Assembly: GCA_963815115.1 (NCBI GenBank)
Contig: CAWFFN010000007.1
Coordinates: 64,001-128,000, forward strand
Direction: 5' to 3'
DNA from: an uncultured delta proteobacterium
GTDB lineage: Bacteria > Desulfobacterota > Binatia > DP-6
DNA length: 64,000 nt
Part shown: positions 35,234 through 43,335 of the stretch, one piece after another
How positions within the stretch are numbered: position 1 is the stretch's first letter
Layout: every line of letters begins with the position of its first letter
Position numbers and translations under genes: made by a program
Notes under the pieces: model-generated
What the model saw: the letters and a program-made list of their open reading frames with translations, nothing else
Database searches by the model: none
Told to the model about the DNA's origin: nothing

Positions 35234-35253
35234 GACGTATGCTAGCATACGTC
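35234..35253. promoter_or_regulatory. Perfect 20-bp palindrome, putative vapBC operator containing a -10-like hexamer
   Basis: GACGTATGCTAGCATACGTC, 2 nt upstream of the antitoxin ATG; TAGCAT lies 7 nt before the ATG. Confidence 0.75.
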
Positions 35254-35295
35254 CCGCGTGAGTCCAGGACCAGGCGGCGGACGGCCCCGTAGCGA

Positions 35296-36798
35296 TCACG
35301 CCGGATCGAACGTCGTGATCCCGTCGGTGGTCGTTACCCGTCCGCGGCGTCCGACCTGCTCGTCGCGCTCCGCCGCTTCCAGCAGCGCCCGGTCGCTCGG
35401 CAGCTTCGCGACGAAGCGCTCGCCGTCGTCGAGCAGACCGATCGCCACGCCGCGCTCCGCGGCGCCATCGCGACCGTGGACCACCGTGTAGGTTTCCAGC
35501 CGACCGGTCCCGCTGGGCTCCGGCACGACCGCAGGATGCGACTGCTCGGCGACCGACGCCCGGATGGCGCTCGTGTCCACGCGCTGCCATCCGCGCGGCG
35601 GCGGCTGGCGGCCGTAGATCGCGAGCGCGTGCTTGGTGAAGTTCCAGCCCAGCGCGTGCACCAGACCCAAGCCGTCACGGTCGTGGCGCAGCCGGTCCAC
35701 GATCGCGGCGATGGCGTGGGTCGCGTAGTCGTTTCCGGGACCGCCGAACCAGGGCAGAGCGCCCGTCACCGTGAGTGGCCGGGCCGTCGCCGGATCGAGA
35801 CCCAGCATCGCCGCCGACAGCCGGGGTGCGATCGGGAAGCAGCCGTAGAGGTCGAGGTGGCCGATGCGCTCGAGGTCGAGGTCGACGCTCGCCAGCAGCG
35901 CGGCGGCGCCGCGCCGCATGCCGGGGAGCTCGTGGAAGCTCGCCCGGTCGGAGAGGAACCACAGCTCGGCGACGTCGACCCCGGCCCAGGGATAGACGAA
36001 GCGATCCGCCGCCACACCGAGCCGGCGGGCGGCGGCGTCACTGGCGAGGAGGAGCGCGGCGCCCTGGTTCACCTCCATGATCGCGTTCAGGTACTTGGGG
36101 TACGGGAACGCCACCATGCGGTTGGCGGGGGCCACGGTGGTGAGCGTTGCCGCGTCCTTCGCGTCGCGGAACCACGCGTAGGGATTGCCGGCTGCGATGC
36201 GGGCGCAACGCTCGGCGAAGGCGCCCAGCTCGGCCCGCTGCCCGGCGAGCGACTGTCCGCGCGCCGCACGGAAGGCGTTCTCGAACAGCGCGAAGCTGAC
36301 GTACGCCTCGCGCGCACCGTGGCGCGACTCGACGTCGGTGACGCCGGGGCGCGTCTCGCCCCAGCGCGCCACGGCGGCTGCCGACGGCGGCGTCCACGGG
36401 CTCGGGAGGCCGGCTTTGCCGAGCGCGCGCATCGTGTGCACGGCCTCGCCACCCGCGAGCAGCGCCACCTCGATCCGTCCGGCGGCGACCTCGTCGCACA
36501 GGTGCGAGAGCAACGACTGGGGCGTGTTGCCGCCCCAGGTGCTGAGAATGGTGCGGCGCGGCCCGATGCCGAGTCGGCCGGCCAGCATGCGTGCCGTGTC
36601 CCCGTAGTCGTGGAAGACGTTGGTCACGACGGCGACGGTGTCGACGGCAGCCAGCAGCGGCACGCCAGCACCCGCGTCGTCGCACGCACGCCGGGCGGCG
36701 GTCTCCATGAGCGCGAGCGGTTCGAGCCCCTGGCGCGGATCGTCCGGGCGGTCCGTGATCTGGCCCGCACCGACGAGGACGGGGAGTGGTCGACTCAT
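35296..36798 (-). CDS. Thiolase-like protein (acetyl-CoA acetyltransferase family, atypical)
   Basis: PVLVGAGQ, GGNTPQ, PYPKYLNA..VNQGAA, DLYGCFP, TVTGALPWFGGPGNDY, ETYTV. Confidence 0.8.
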   Translation of the reverse strand: MSRPLPVLVGAGQITDRPDDPRQGLEPLALMETAARRACDDAGAGVPLLAAVDTVAVVTNVFHDYGDTARMLAGRLGIGPRRTILSTWGGNTPQSLLSHLCDEVAAGRIEVALLAGGEAVHTMRALGKAGLPSPWTPPSAAAVARWGETRPGVTDVESRHGAREAYVSFALFENAFRAARGQSLAGQRAELGAFAERCARIAAGNPYAWFRDAKDAATLTTVAPANRMVAFPYPKYLNAIMEVNQGAALLLASDAAARRLGVAADRFVYPWAGVDVAELWFLSDRASFHELPGMRRGAAALLASVDLDLERIGHLDLYGCFPIAPRLSAAMLGLDPATARPLTVTGALPWFGGPGNDYATHAIAAIVDRLRHDRDGLGLVHALGWNFTKHALAIYGRQPPPRGWQRVDTSAIRASVAEQSHPAVVPEPSGTGRLETYTVVHGRDGAAERGVAIGLLDDGERFVAKLPSDRALLEAAERDEQVGRRGRVTTTDGITTFDPA

Positions 36799-36852
36799 GG
36801 GAGTGGGGGCGACTCCTTGACAGCGCCCGGAGCGGCGTCGAAAGTCATTCCC

Positions 36853-37851
36853 ATGCCGCACGCTTCCGGGTCAAACGGCTCCGCATCCTCGCCGCTCCGC
36901 ACGCCCCTCTGCGACCTCTTCGGCATCGACGTGCCGATCTGCCTCGCCGGGATGGGGGGCGTCTCGATGGCGCCGCTCGTGGCCGCGGTGTCCAACGCGG
37001 GAGGGCTCGGCATCATGGGCGCCGCGAACCTCGCCCCCGACGGCCTGCGCCAGGAGATCCGCCGGACGCGCGAGCTGACCAGCCGGCCATTCGCGGTCGA
37101 TCTGCTCGCCCCGATCCCCGAGATGATCGAGCCCTACATCCCGGTGCTGTTCGAGGAGGAGGTGCGCATCTTCGTCGCCGGGCTCGCCGTGCCCGAGAAG
37201 CACGTCGCCGAGATGAAGCGGCACGGCATGAAGATCATGGTGATGACGGGCAAGGTGCAGCACGCGGTTCGCGCCGAGGCGGCAGGCGCCGACGTGGTCG
37301 CCGCGCAGGGCACCGAGGCCGGCGGCCACACGGGCGAGATCGGCACCCTCGCGCTCGTTCCGCAGGTGGTCGACGCGGTGAGGATCCCCGTCGTCGCGGC
37401 GGGCGGCATCACGGACGGCCGCGGCGTGATCGCCGCCCTCGCCCTCGGTGCGCAGGGTGCCGTCATCGGCACGCGGTTCATCGCCACGCCCGAGGCGACG
37501 GCCGCGCGGCAGTACCGCGAGGCGCTGGTGCGGGCGAAGCAGGACGAGACGGTGCGGACGCGGTGCTACTCGGGCAAGCCGCTCCGCACGCTGAAGAATC
37601 CCTACGTCGCCGAGTACGAGGCCGACCCCTCGAAGATCAAGCGCTTTCCCGAGCAGCTGGCGATCTCGAGCGCGCGCCAGGTGATGGCCTACTGGAATCC
37701 GGAGGCCGATCCCGAGCGCACCTGCATGCCGGCGGGCCAGGGCATCGGGAGCTTTCGCGAGATCCGGCCCGCCGGGGACATCCTGCGCGACATCGTCGCC
37801 CAGGCGGAGGACATCCTTCGCCGCGGGCTCGTCCGGCACGCGCCGGCCTGA
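36853..37851 (+). CDS. Nitronate monooxygenase / FabK-like flavin oxidoreductase
   Basis: PICLAGMGG, AVSNAGGLG, QGTEAGGHTG, VVAAGGITDGRG, GTRF, AGQG. Confidence 0.88.
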   Translation: MPHASGSNGSASSPLRTPLCDLFGIDVPICLAGMGGVSMAPLVAAVSNAGGLGIMGAANLAPDGLRQEIRRTRELTSRPFAVDLLAPIPEMIEPYIPVLFEEEVRIFVAGLAVPEKHVAEMKRHGMKIMVMTGKVQHAVRAEAAGADVVAAQGTEAGGHTGEIGTLALVPQVVDAVRIPVVAAGGITDGRGVIAALALGAQGAVIGTRFIATPEATAARQYREALVRAKQDETVRTRCYSGKPLRTLKNPYVAEYEADPSKIKRFPEQLAISSARQVMAYWNPEADPERTCMPAGQGIGSFREIRPAGDILRDIVAQAEDILRRGLVRHAPA

Positions 37852-37868
37852 CCCCGGCGCGGTCTCCA

Positions 37869-38984
37869 TCAGCGCCGTTCGACGACCCGCGCGGGGGGCG
37901 TGGGCTCCACCACGACGATGTCCCGCCCGGCGTACAGCTCCCGGTAGATGTCGATGAACGAGAGCAGCGTGGCGAGGATCACCGGCGCCAGGAAGATCCC
38001 GAGGAAGCCGTAGACGCTCATCCCGCCCAGGATGGCGAACAGCAGCAGGAAGGTCGGCAGGCGGGCGCGGCCGCCGATGAAGAGCGGACGGATGATGTTG
38101 TCGACCATGCTGATGACGAGCGTTCCCCAGAGGGCCAGGAGCACGCCGCGGACGACGCTGCCGGTGACCAGGAGGTAGACGGCGGCGGGCACCCACACGA
38201 ACGCGCCGCCGAACGGCGGCAGGAAGGACGCGATCGCGGTGAGAAAGCCGAGGAAGACGCTGAAGGGCAGGGCGCCGATCGCCCAGTAGCCGAAGCCGCC
38301 GAGGATCCCCTGGGCAACCGCGTTCACGACCATGCTCTGCACCACCGCGGTGAGCGTGTCGTAGACGCGCGCGAAGACCTCGTGCTTGTGGTCCGCGTCC
38401 ATCGGCAGCAGGTCGCGGATCACGGTCGACATGCGGTCGCCGTCGCGAAAGAAGAAGAAGAGCGCGAGCAGCATGAGCACGCCGCTCACCACGCTCTCGA
38501 GGATGTTGCGGGCGAACGCGCCGGTCTGGGCGGCGACATACTGTGAGGTATAGCTGGTCGCGCCCAGCACGAGCTGCGACAGGTCGATGTTGAGCGAGTC
38601 GATGATGGGCGATGCGAGGCGATCGACCAGCAGGCCGGGGCGAGAGGTCCGCAGCTGGTCGACGAGCCGGGCGAGCTCGCCCGTCTGCACCATCTCCTTG
38701 GCGCGGTCGTAGGCACCGGCGGCCTCGCTCACCAGCAGGGACCCGAGCATGATCGACGGCACCACCGCGACGATCAGGACGCCGAGGACCAGCACCGACG
38801 CGGCGAGCGCCCGCGATCCCCGGAACAGACGGACGAGCCACGTCGTCAGGGGGTAGAAGGTGAGCGCGAGGATGGCGGCCCAGCTGAGGGGCCGCAAGAA
38901 CGGCGAGAGGAAGAGGAAGAACTGATAGAGCAGCAGGCCGAGGACGACGAAGAAGAAGGCCGCGAAGAGCCGCTCGCGCGACAC
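37869..38984 (-). CDS. AI-2E family transporter
   Basis: WAAILA..YP, FFFRDG, QG, DNIIRP, GFLGIFLAP. Confidence 0.9.
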   Translation of the reverse strand: MSRERLFAAFFFVVLGLLLYQFFLFLSPFLRPLSWAAILALTFYPLTTWLVRLFRGSRALAASVLVLGVLIVAVVPSIMLGSLLVSEAAGAYDRAKEMVQTGELARLVDQLRTSRPGLLVDRLASPIIDSLNIDLSQLVLGATSYTSQYVAAQTGAFARNILESVVSGVLMLLALFFFFRDGDRMSTVIRDLLPMDADHKHEVFARVYDTLTAVVQSMVVNAVAQGILGGFGYWAIGALPFSVFLGFLTAIASFLPPFGGAFVWVPAAVYLLVTGSVVRGVLLALWGTLVISMVDNIIRPLFIGGRARLPTFLLLFAILGGMSVYGFLGIFLAPVILATLLSFIDIYRELYAGRDIVVVEPTPPARVVERR

Positions 38985-39030
38985 GCGCGGACTGTAGCGG
39001 CGCGGCGTGCCCGGTACAAGCGCTCTCGCC

Positions 39031-39059
39031 TTGACAGGTCACGCGCGCGTTGCTACGAA
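39031..39059 (+). promoter_or_regulatory. Putative sigma70 promoter of tRNA-Val/thrS
   Basis: TTGACA-N17-TACGAA with TG extension; -10 imperfect. Confidence 0.45.
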
Positions 39060-39084
39060 ATGCCCCCTTATCGAGCACTTACGC

Positions 39085-39157
39085 AGGCACGTAGCTCAGT
39101 GGCTAGAGCGCTTCCTTGACACGGAAGAGGCCGGCGGTTCAATCCCGCCCGTGCCTA
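39085..39157 (+). tRNA. tRNA-Val (GAC), CCA not encoded
   Basis: AGGCACG/CGTGCCT acceptor stem, CTTCC-TTGACAC-GGAAG anticodon arm, GGTTCAATCC T-loop. Confidence 0.96.
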
Positions 39158-39206
39158 CTGCCCACGTTCGCCCAAGACCAGCCCAGTCGGTCACCGTGTA
39201 GTCCGG

Positions 39207-41159
39207 ATGGCCGAGATCGTCGTGACCTTCGCCGACGGGGCGCAGGAGCGTCTGCCCGCAGGGATCACCGCCGGCGATGCGTTGCGCCTGCACGCCGAGC
39301 GCAACGGAGCCGGACGCAAGGAGGTGCGGCGTGCAGTCGCCGCACGCGTCGAGAGCGCCGACGCCGACGGCGCACGCGTGGTGGACATGAGCCGTCCGCT
39401 CACCGCCGATTGCCGGGTCACGTCGGTGGCGCCCGACTCGCCGGACGGACTCGACGTCCTGCGCCACTCGTGCGCCCATCTGATGGCCCAGGCGGTACAG
39501 CGCCTGTTCCCGGGGACCGAGATCACGATCGGCCCGGTGATCGAGCACGGCTTCTACTACGACTTCAAGCGACCCGAGGGTTTCACGCCGGACGATCTGC
39601 AACGCATCGAGGAGGTCATGCGCGCCATCGTGGCCGAGAACCTCCCGGTGAGCCGCGAGGAGCTCCCGCGCGACGACGCGGTCCGGCTCTTCGAGGGCAT
39701 GGGCGAGCACTACAAGGTGGAGATCATCCGCGGCATCCCCGAGGATGTCGTGTCGCTCTATCGCCAGGGCGAGTTCGTCGACCTGTGCCGCGGTCCGCAC
39801 GTGCCATCGACCGGACACGTCGCCGCCTTCCGGCTCACCAGCGTCGCGGGAGCCTACTGGCGCGGGGACAGCCGCAACGAGATGCTCCAGCGCATCTACG
39901 GCACGGCGTGGGCCACCCAGAAGGAGCTCGATGCGCATCTCAAGCGCATCGAGGAGGCCAAGCAGCGCGACCACCGCCGGCTCGGCCAGCAGCTCGACCT
40001 CTTCTCCCTCCATCCCGTCGCCCCGGGATCGCCCTTCTTCCATCCGAAGGGCGCCATCGTCTACAACACGCTGGTCGCGTACATCCGCAGCCTCTACCGG
40101 CGCTACGGGTACGCCGAGGTGATCACGCCGCTGATCTACAAGACCGACCTGTGGAAGACCTCCGGGCACTACGAGGCGTTCCACGACGACATGTTCCTCA
40201 TGACGCTCGACGAGGACGAGTACGGCGTGAAGCCGATGAACTGCCCGGGGCACTGCTACCTCTACGCCACGCGCAAGCACTCGTATCGCGATCTCCCGCT
40301 GCGCTACGCCGACTTCAGCCGGTTGCACCGATTCGAGCCCTCCGGCACGCTCGCCGGCCTCACGCGGGTCCGCTCGATGGCGCAGGACGACGCTCACATC
40401 TACTGCACGCCGGAGCAGCTCGACGGCGAGCTGGCGTCCTTCATCGCCATGACACGCGAGGTCTACGAGGCGTTCGGCTTCGATCGCGTCGAGGTCACGC
40501 TGCAGACCCGGCCGGAGAAGTTCCTCGGCCGCCCGGAACGATGGGACGCGGCCGAGGCAGCGCTCGAGCGCGCGGTGCGCGGCGCCGGCTACGAGGTCAC
40601 CGTGCTGCCGGGCGAGGGCGCGTTCTACGGGCCCAAGATCGGCTTCGATTTCCGCGACGTCCTCGAGCGCTCGTGGACGCTCGCCACCGTGCAGATCGAC
40701 TGCGCCATGCCCGAGCGCTTCGACCTCCAGTACGTCACGCCCGAGGGTACCGACGCCACACCCGTGATGATCCATCGCGCGGTGCTGGGCTCGCTCGAGC
40801 GCTTCATCGCCATCCTGCTCGAGCACACGGCCGGCAAGCTGCCGCTGTGGCTCGCGCCCGTCCAGGTGCGGGTGCTGCCGGTCAGCGAGAAGGTCGAGCA
40901 GTATGCCCGCCGGGTGGAGCAGGCGTGCCTCGCCGCGGGTCTCCGGGCGGAGGCCGATCTGCGCAACGAGAAGCTGAGCTACAAGATCCGCGAGGCGCAG
41001 CTCGAGAAGATCCCGGTGCTGGCCGTCGTCGGTGAGCGAGAGGCGGCCGATGGCACGGTCGCGCCCCGCGTCGGCGGCGAGAACCGCGCCGGCGAGACCC
41101 TCGACGCCTTCCTCGCCCAGGTCACGCGCGACGCCCGAATGCCAGGAGGTGCCTTATAG
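39207..41159 (+). CDS. thrS: Threonyl-tRNA synthetase
   Basis: RHSCAH, DLCRGPH, GAYWRGD, RDHRRLG, KPMNCPGH, AFYGPK, HRAVLGSLERF. Confidence 0.97.
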   Translation: MAEIVVTFADGAQERLPAGITAGDALRLHAERNGAGRKEVRRAVAARVESADADGARVVDMSRPLTADCRVTSVAPDSPDGLDVLRHSCAHLMAQAVQRLFPGTEITIGPVIEHGFYYDFKRPEGFTPDDLQRIEEVMRAIVAENLPVSREELPRDDAVRLFEGMGEHYKVEIIRGIPEDVVSLYRQGEFVDLCRGPHVPSTGHVAAFRLTSVAGAYWRGDSRNEMLQRIYGTAWATQKELDAHLKRIEEAKQRDHRRLGQQLDLFSLHPVAPGSPFFHPKGAIVYNTLVAYIRSLYRRYGYAEVITPLIYKTDLWKTSGHYEAFHDDMFLMTLDEDEYGVKPMNCPGHCYLYATRKHSYRDLPLRYADFSRLHRFEPSGTLAGLTRVRSMAQDDAHIYCTPEQLDGELASFIAMTREVYEAFGFDRVEVTLQTRPEKFLGRPERWDAAEAALERAVRGAGYEVTVLPGEGAFYGPKIGFDFRDVLERSWTLATVQIDCAMPERFDLQYVTPEGTDATPVMIHRAVLGSLERFIAILLEHTAGKLPLWLAPVQVRVLPVSEKVEQYARRVEQACLAAGLRAEADLRNEKLSYKIREAQLEKIPVLAVVGEREAADGTVAPRVGGENRAGETLDAFLAQVTRDARMPGGAL

Positions 41160-41671
41160 CGAAGGTCGAGGAGAGAGTCCGAATCAACCAGCAGATCCGC
41201 GCCCGCGAGATCCGCGTGATCGACAGCGACGGGGCGCAGCTCGGCGTGATGGCGACGTCCGATGCCCAGCGCATCGCCGATCAGAAGGAGCTCGACCTGG
41301 TCGAGGTCGCGCCCACCGCGAACCCGCCCGTGTGCCGGATCATGGACTACGGGAAGTTCAAGTACGCCGAGAAGAAGAAGGCGCAGCAATCGCGCAAGAA
41401 GAACGCCGCCAGCCAGCTGAAGGAAGTGAAGCTCGGATCGCAGACCAGCGGACATGACGTCGATTTCAAGGTCGGTCACATTCGCGACTTCCTCGGCGAG
41501 GGACACCGCGTGAAGGTCACCATCTTCTTCCGGGGCCGCTCGATCACGCACCCGGAGCTGGGTCGCGCCATGCTGGATCGCATCGCCGGGAAGGTGGCCG
41601 ACGTCGCCCAGGTCGAGCAGAACGCGCGGATGGAGGGTCGGCAGATGTCCATGATGCTGGTAGGCAAGTAG
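41156..41671 (+). CDS. infC: Translation initiation factor IF-3 (ATA start)
   Basis: AGGAGGT-N5-ATA overlapping the thrS TAG; RINQQIR, LDLVEVAP, PPVCRIMDYGKFKY, FRGR. Confidence 0.95.
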   Translation: MAKVEERVRINQQIRAREIRVIDSDGAQLGVMATSDAQRIADQKELDLVEVAPTANPPVCRIMDYGKFKYAEKKKAQQSRKKNAASQLKEVKLGSQTSGHDVDFKVGHIRDFLGEGHRVKVTIFFRGRSITHPELGRAMLDRIAGKVADVAQVEQNARMEGRQMSMMLVGK

Positions 41672-41688
41672 AGAGAGGAAGTGCACCC

Positions 41689-41886
41689 ATGCCCAAGATG
41701 AAGACCAACCGCGCGGCGGCCAAGCGCTTCACCTTCACCGCCACCGGCAAGGTGAAGCGGCGTCGCGGCTATCTGCGCCACATCAACACCCACATGACCA
41801 CCAAGCGGAAGCGCCACCTGCGCCAGCCCGCGCTCGTCGACAAGGCCGACGAGAAGCACATCAAGCGCCTGCTGCCGTACGGCTGA
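41689..41886 (+). CDS. rpmI: 50S ribosomal protein L35
   Basis: MPKMKTNRAAAKRF...LLPYG. Confidence 0.96.
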   Translation: MPKMKTNRAAAKRFTFTATGKVKRRRGYLRHINTHMTTKRKRHLRQPALVDKADEKHIKRLLPYG

Positions 41887-41919
41887 CCGCGGCCGTCGCA
41901 GGTTCCCGAAGGAGACGCC

Positions 41920-42285
41920 ATGCCACGCGCCAAGGGTGGGCCAAAGACGCGCCGCCGGCACAAGAAGATCATGAAGGCCGCGAAGGGGTACGTCGGCGGC
42001 CGCCGGAAGACCTACCGCCAGGCTCGCGAGACCGTCGAGCGCGGCCTCACCTACGCCTATCGCGACCGCAAGCAGCGCAAGCGCGACTTCCGCGGCCTGT
42101 GGATCACACGCATCAACGCGGCGGCGCGACAGCACGGCCTGTCCTACAGCCGTCTCGTCGCCGGCCTGAAGGCCGCGGGCGTCACGGTGGACCGCAAGAT
42201 CCTCGCGGCCCTGGCGCTCGACGACGCGCGGGCGTTCGGGGAGCTCGCCGGCCTGGCCAAGACCCACCTTCCGGCGACGGCGTAG
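41920..42285 (+). CDS. rplT: 50S ribosomal protein L20
   Basis: [37 protein letters not shown]. Confidence 0.97.
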   Translation: MPRAKGGPKTRRRHKKIMKAAKGYVGGRRKTYRQARETVERGLTYAYRDRKQRKRDFRGLWITRINAAARQHGLSYSRLVAGLKAAGVTVDRKILAALALDDARAFGELAGLAKTHLPATA

Positions 42286-43323
42286 TTGCAGGCGGAGCTG
42301 GCACGGCTCCGGGGGGCCGCGGAGGCGGAGATCGCCGCGGCCGAGAGTGCGGAGAGCCTGGAGGCGATCCGCGTGCGCTACCTCGGCCGCAAGGGGTCGC
42401 TGAACGCGATCCTGCGCGGGCTCGGGCAGCTGGCGCCCGAGGAGCGTCCCGCGATGGGGGCGCTCGCCAACGCGGTGCGGGACGCCGTGGCGGCTGCGAT
42501 CGACGGCAAGGCCGAGACGCTCGCCCGCGCCGGCCTCGAGCGGGCGATCGCCGAGGAGCGCCTCGACGTCACGCTGCCCGGGCGGCGCCGCCCCCGGGGA
42601 CATCTCCACCCGTTGCGGCAGATGGAGGACGATCTGGTCGACGTCTTCGTCTCCATGGGGTTCTCCGTCGCCGAGGGTCCGGAGGTCGAGGACGACTTCC
42701 ACAACTTCGGCGGCCTGAACTTCCCGCCCGACCATCCCGCGCGCGACGCGCAGGACACCTTCTTTCTCGCGGGAGGCGACGGTCTCCTGCTGCGCACCCA
42801 CACCTCGCCGGTCCAGCTGCACGTCATGCGCACCACGCCGCCGCCCATCCGCGTGGTGATGCCGGGCGCGTGCTACCGGCGCGACGATCCCGATCCCACA
42901 CACTCGCCGGTGTTCCAGCAGATCGAGGGGCTGCTGATCGACGAGCAGGTGAGCTTCGCCGACCTGAAGGGCGTGCTCACCACGTTCCTGCGCCGCCTCT
43001 TCGGGCCCGCGACCGGGGTGCGCTTCCGCGCCAGCTTCTTCCCGTTCACGGAGCCGAGCGCCGAGGTCGACATCGCCTGCATCAAGTGTCCGGCCGACGC
43101 CCCGCGCGCCGGCTGCCGGATCTGCAAGGGCAGCGGCTGGCTCGAGATCCTGGGCTCCGGGATGGTGCATCCGAACGTCCTGCGCGCCGGGGGCTACGAC
43201 CCCGAGCGCGTTCGCGGCTTCGCCTTCGGCATGGGGATCGATCGCGTGACGCTCCTGTGTCACGAGCTCGACGACCTGCGCCTGCTCTACGACAACGACC
43301 TCCGCTTCCTGGCGCAGTTCTGA
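42286..43323 (+). CDS. pheS: Phenylalanyl-tRNA synthetase alpha subunit
   Basis: LGRKG, HPARDAQDTF, LRTHTSPVQ, FPFTEPS, GFAFGMG, NDLRFLAQF. Confidence 0.96.
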   Translation: MQAELARLRGAAEAEIAAAESAESLEAIRVRYLGRKGSLNAILRGLGQLAPEERPAMGALANAVRDAVAAAIDGKAETLARAGLERAIAEERLDVTLPGRRRPRGHLHPLRQMEDDLVDVFVSMGFSVAEGPEVEDDFHNFGGLNFPPDHPARDAQDTFFLAGGDGLLLRTHTSPVQLHVMRTTPPPIRVVMPGACYRRDDPDPTHSPVFQQIEGLLIDEQVSFADLKGVLTTFLRRLFGPATGVRFRASFFPFTEPSAEVDIACIKCPADAPRAGCRICKGSGWLEILGSGMVHPNVLRAGGYDPERVRGFAFGMGIDRVTLLCHELDDLRLLYDNDLRFLAQF

Positions 43324-43335
43324 GGGCCGTCGCTC

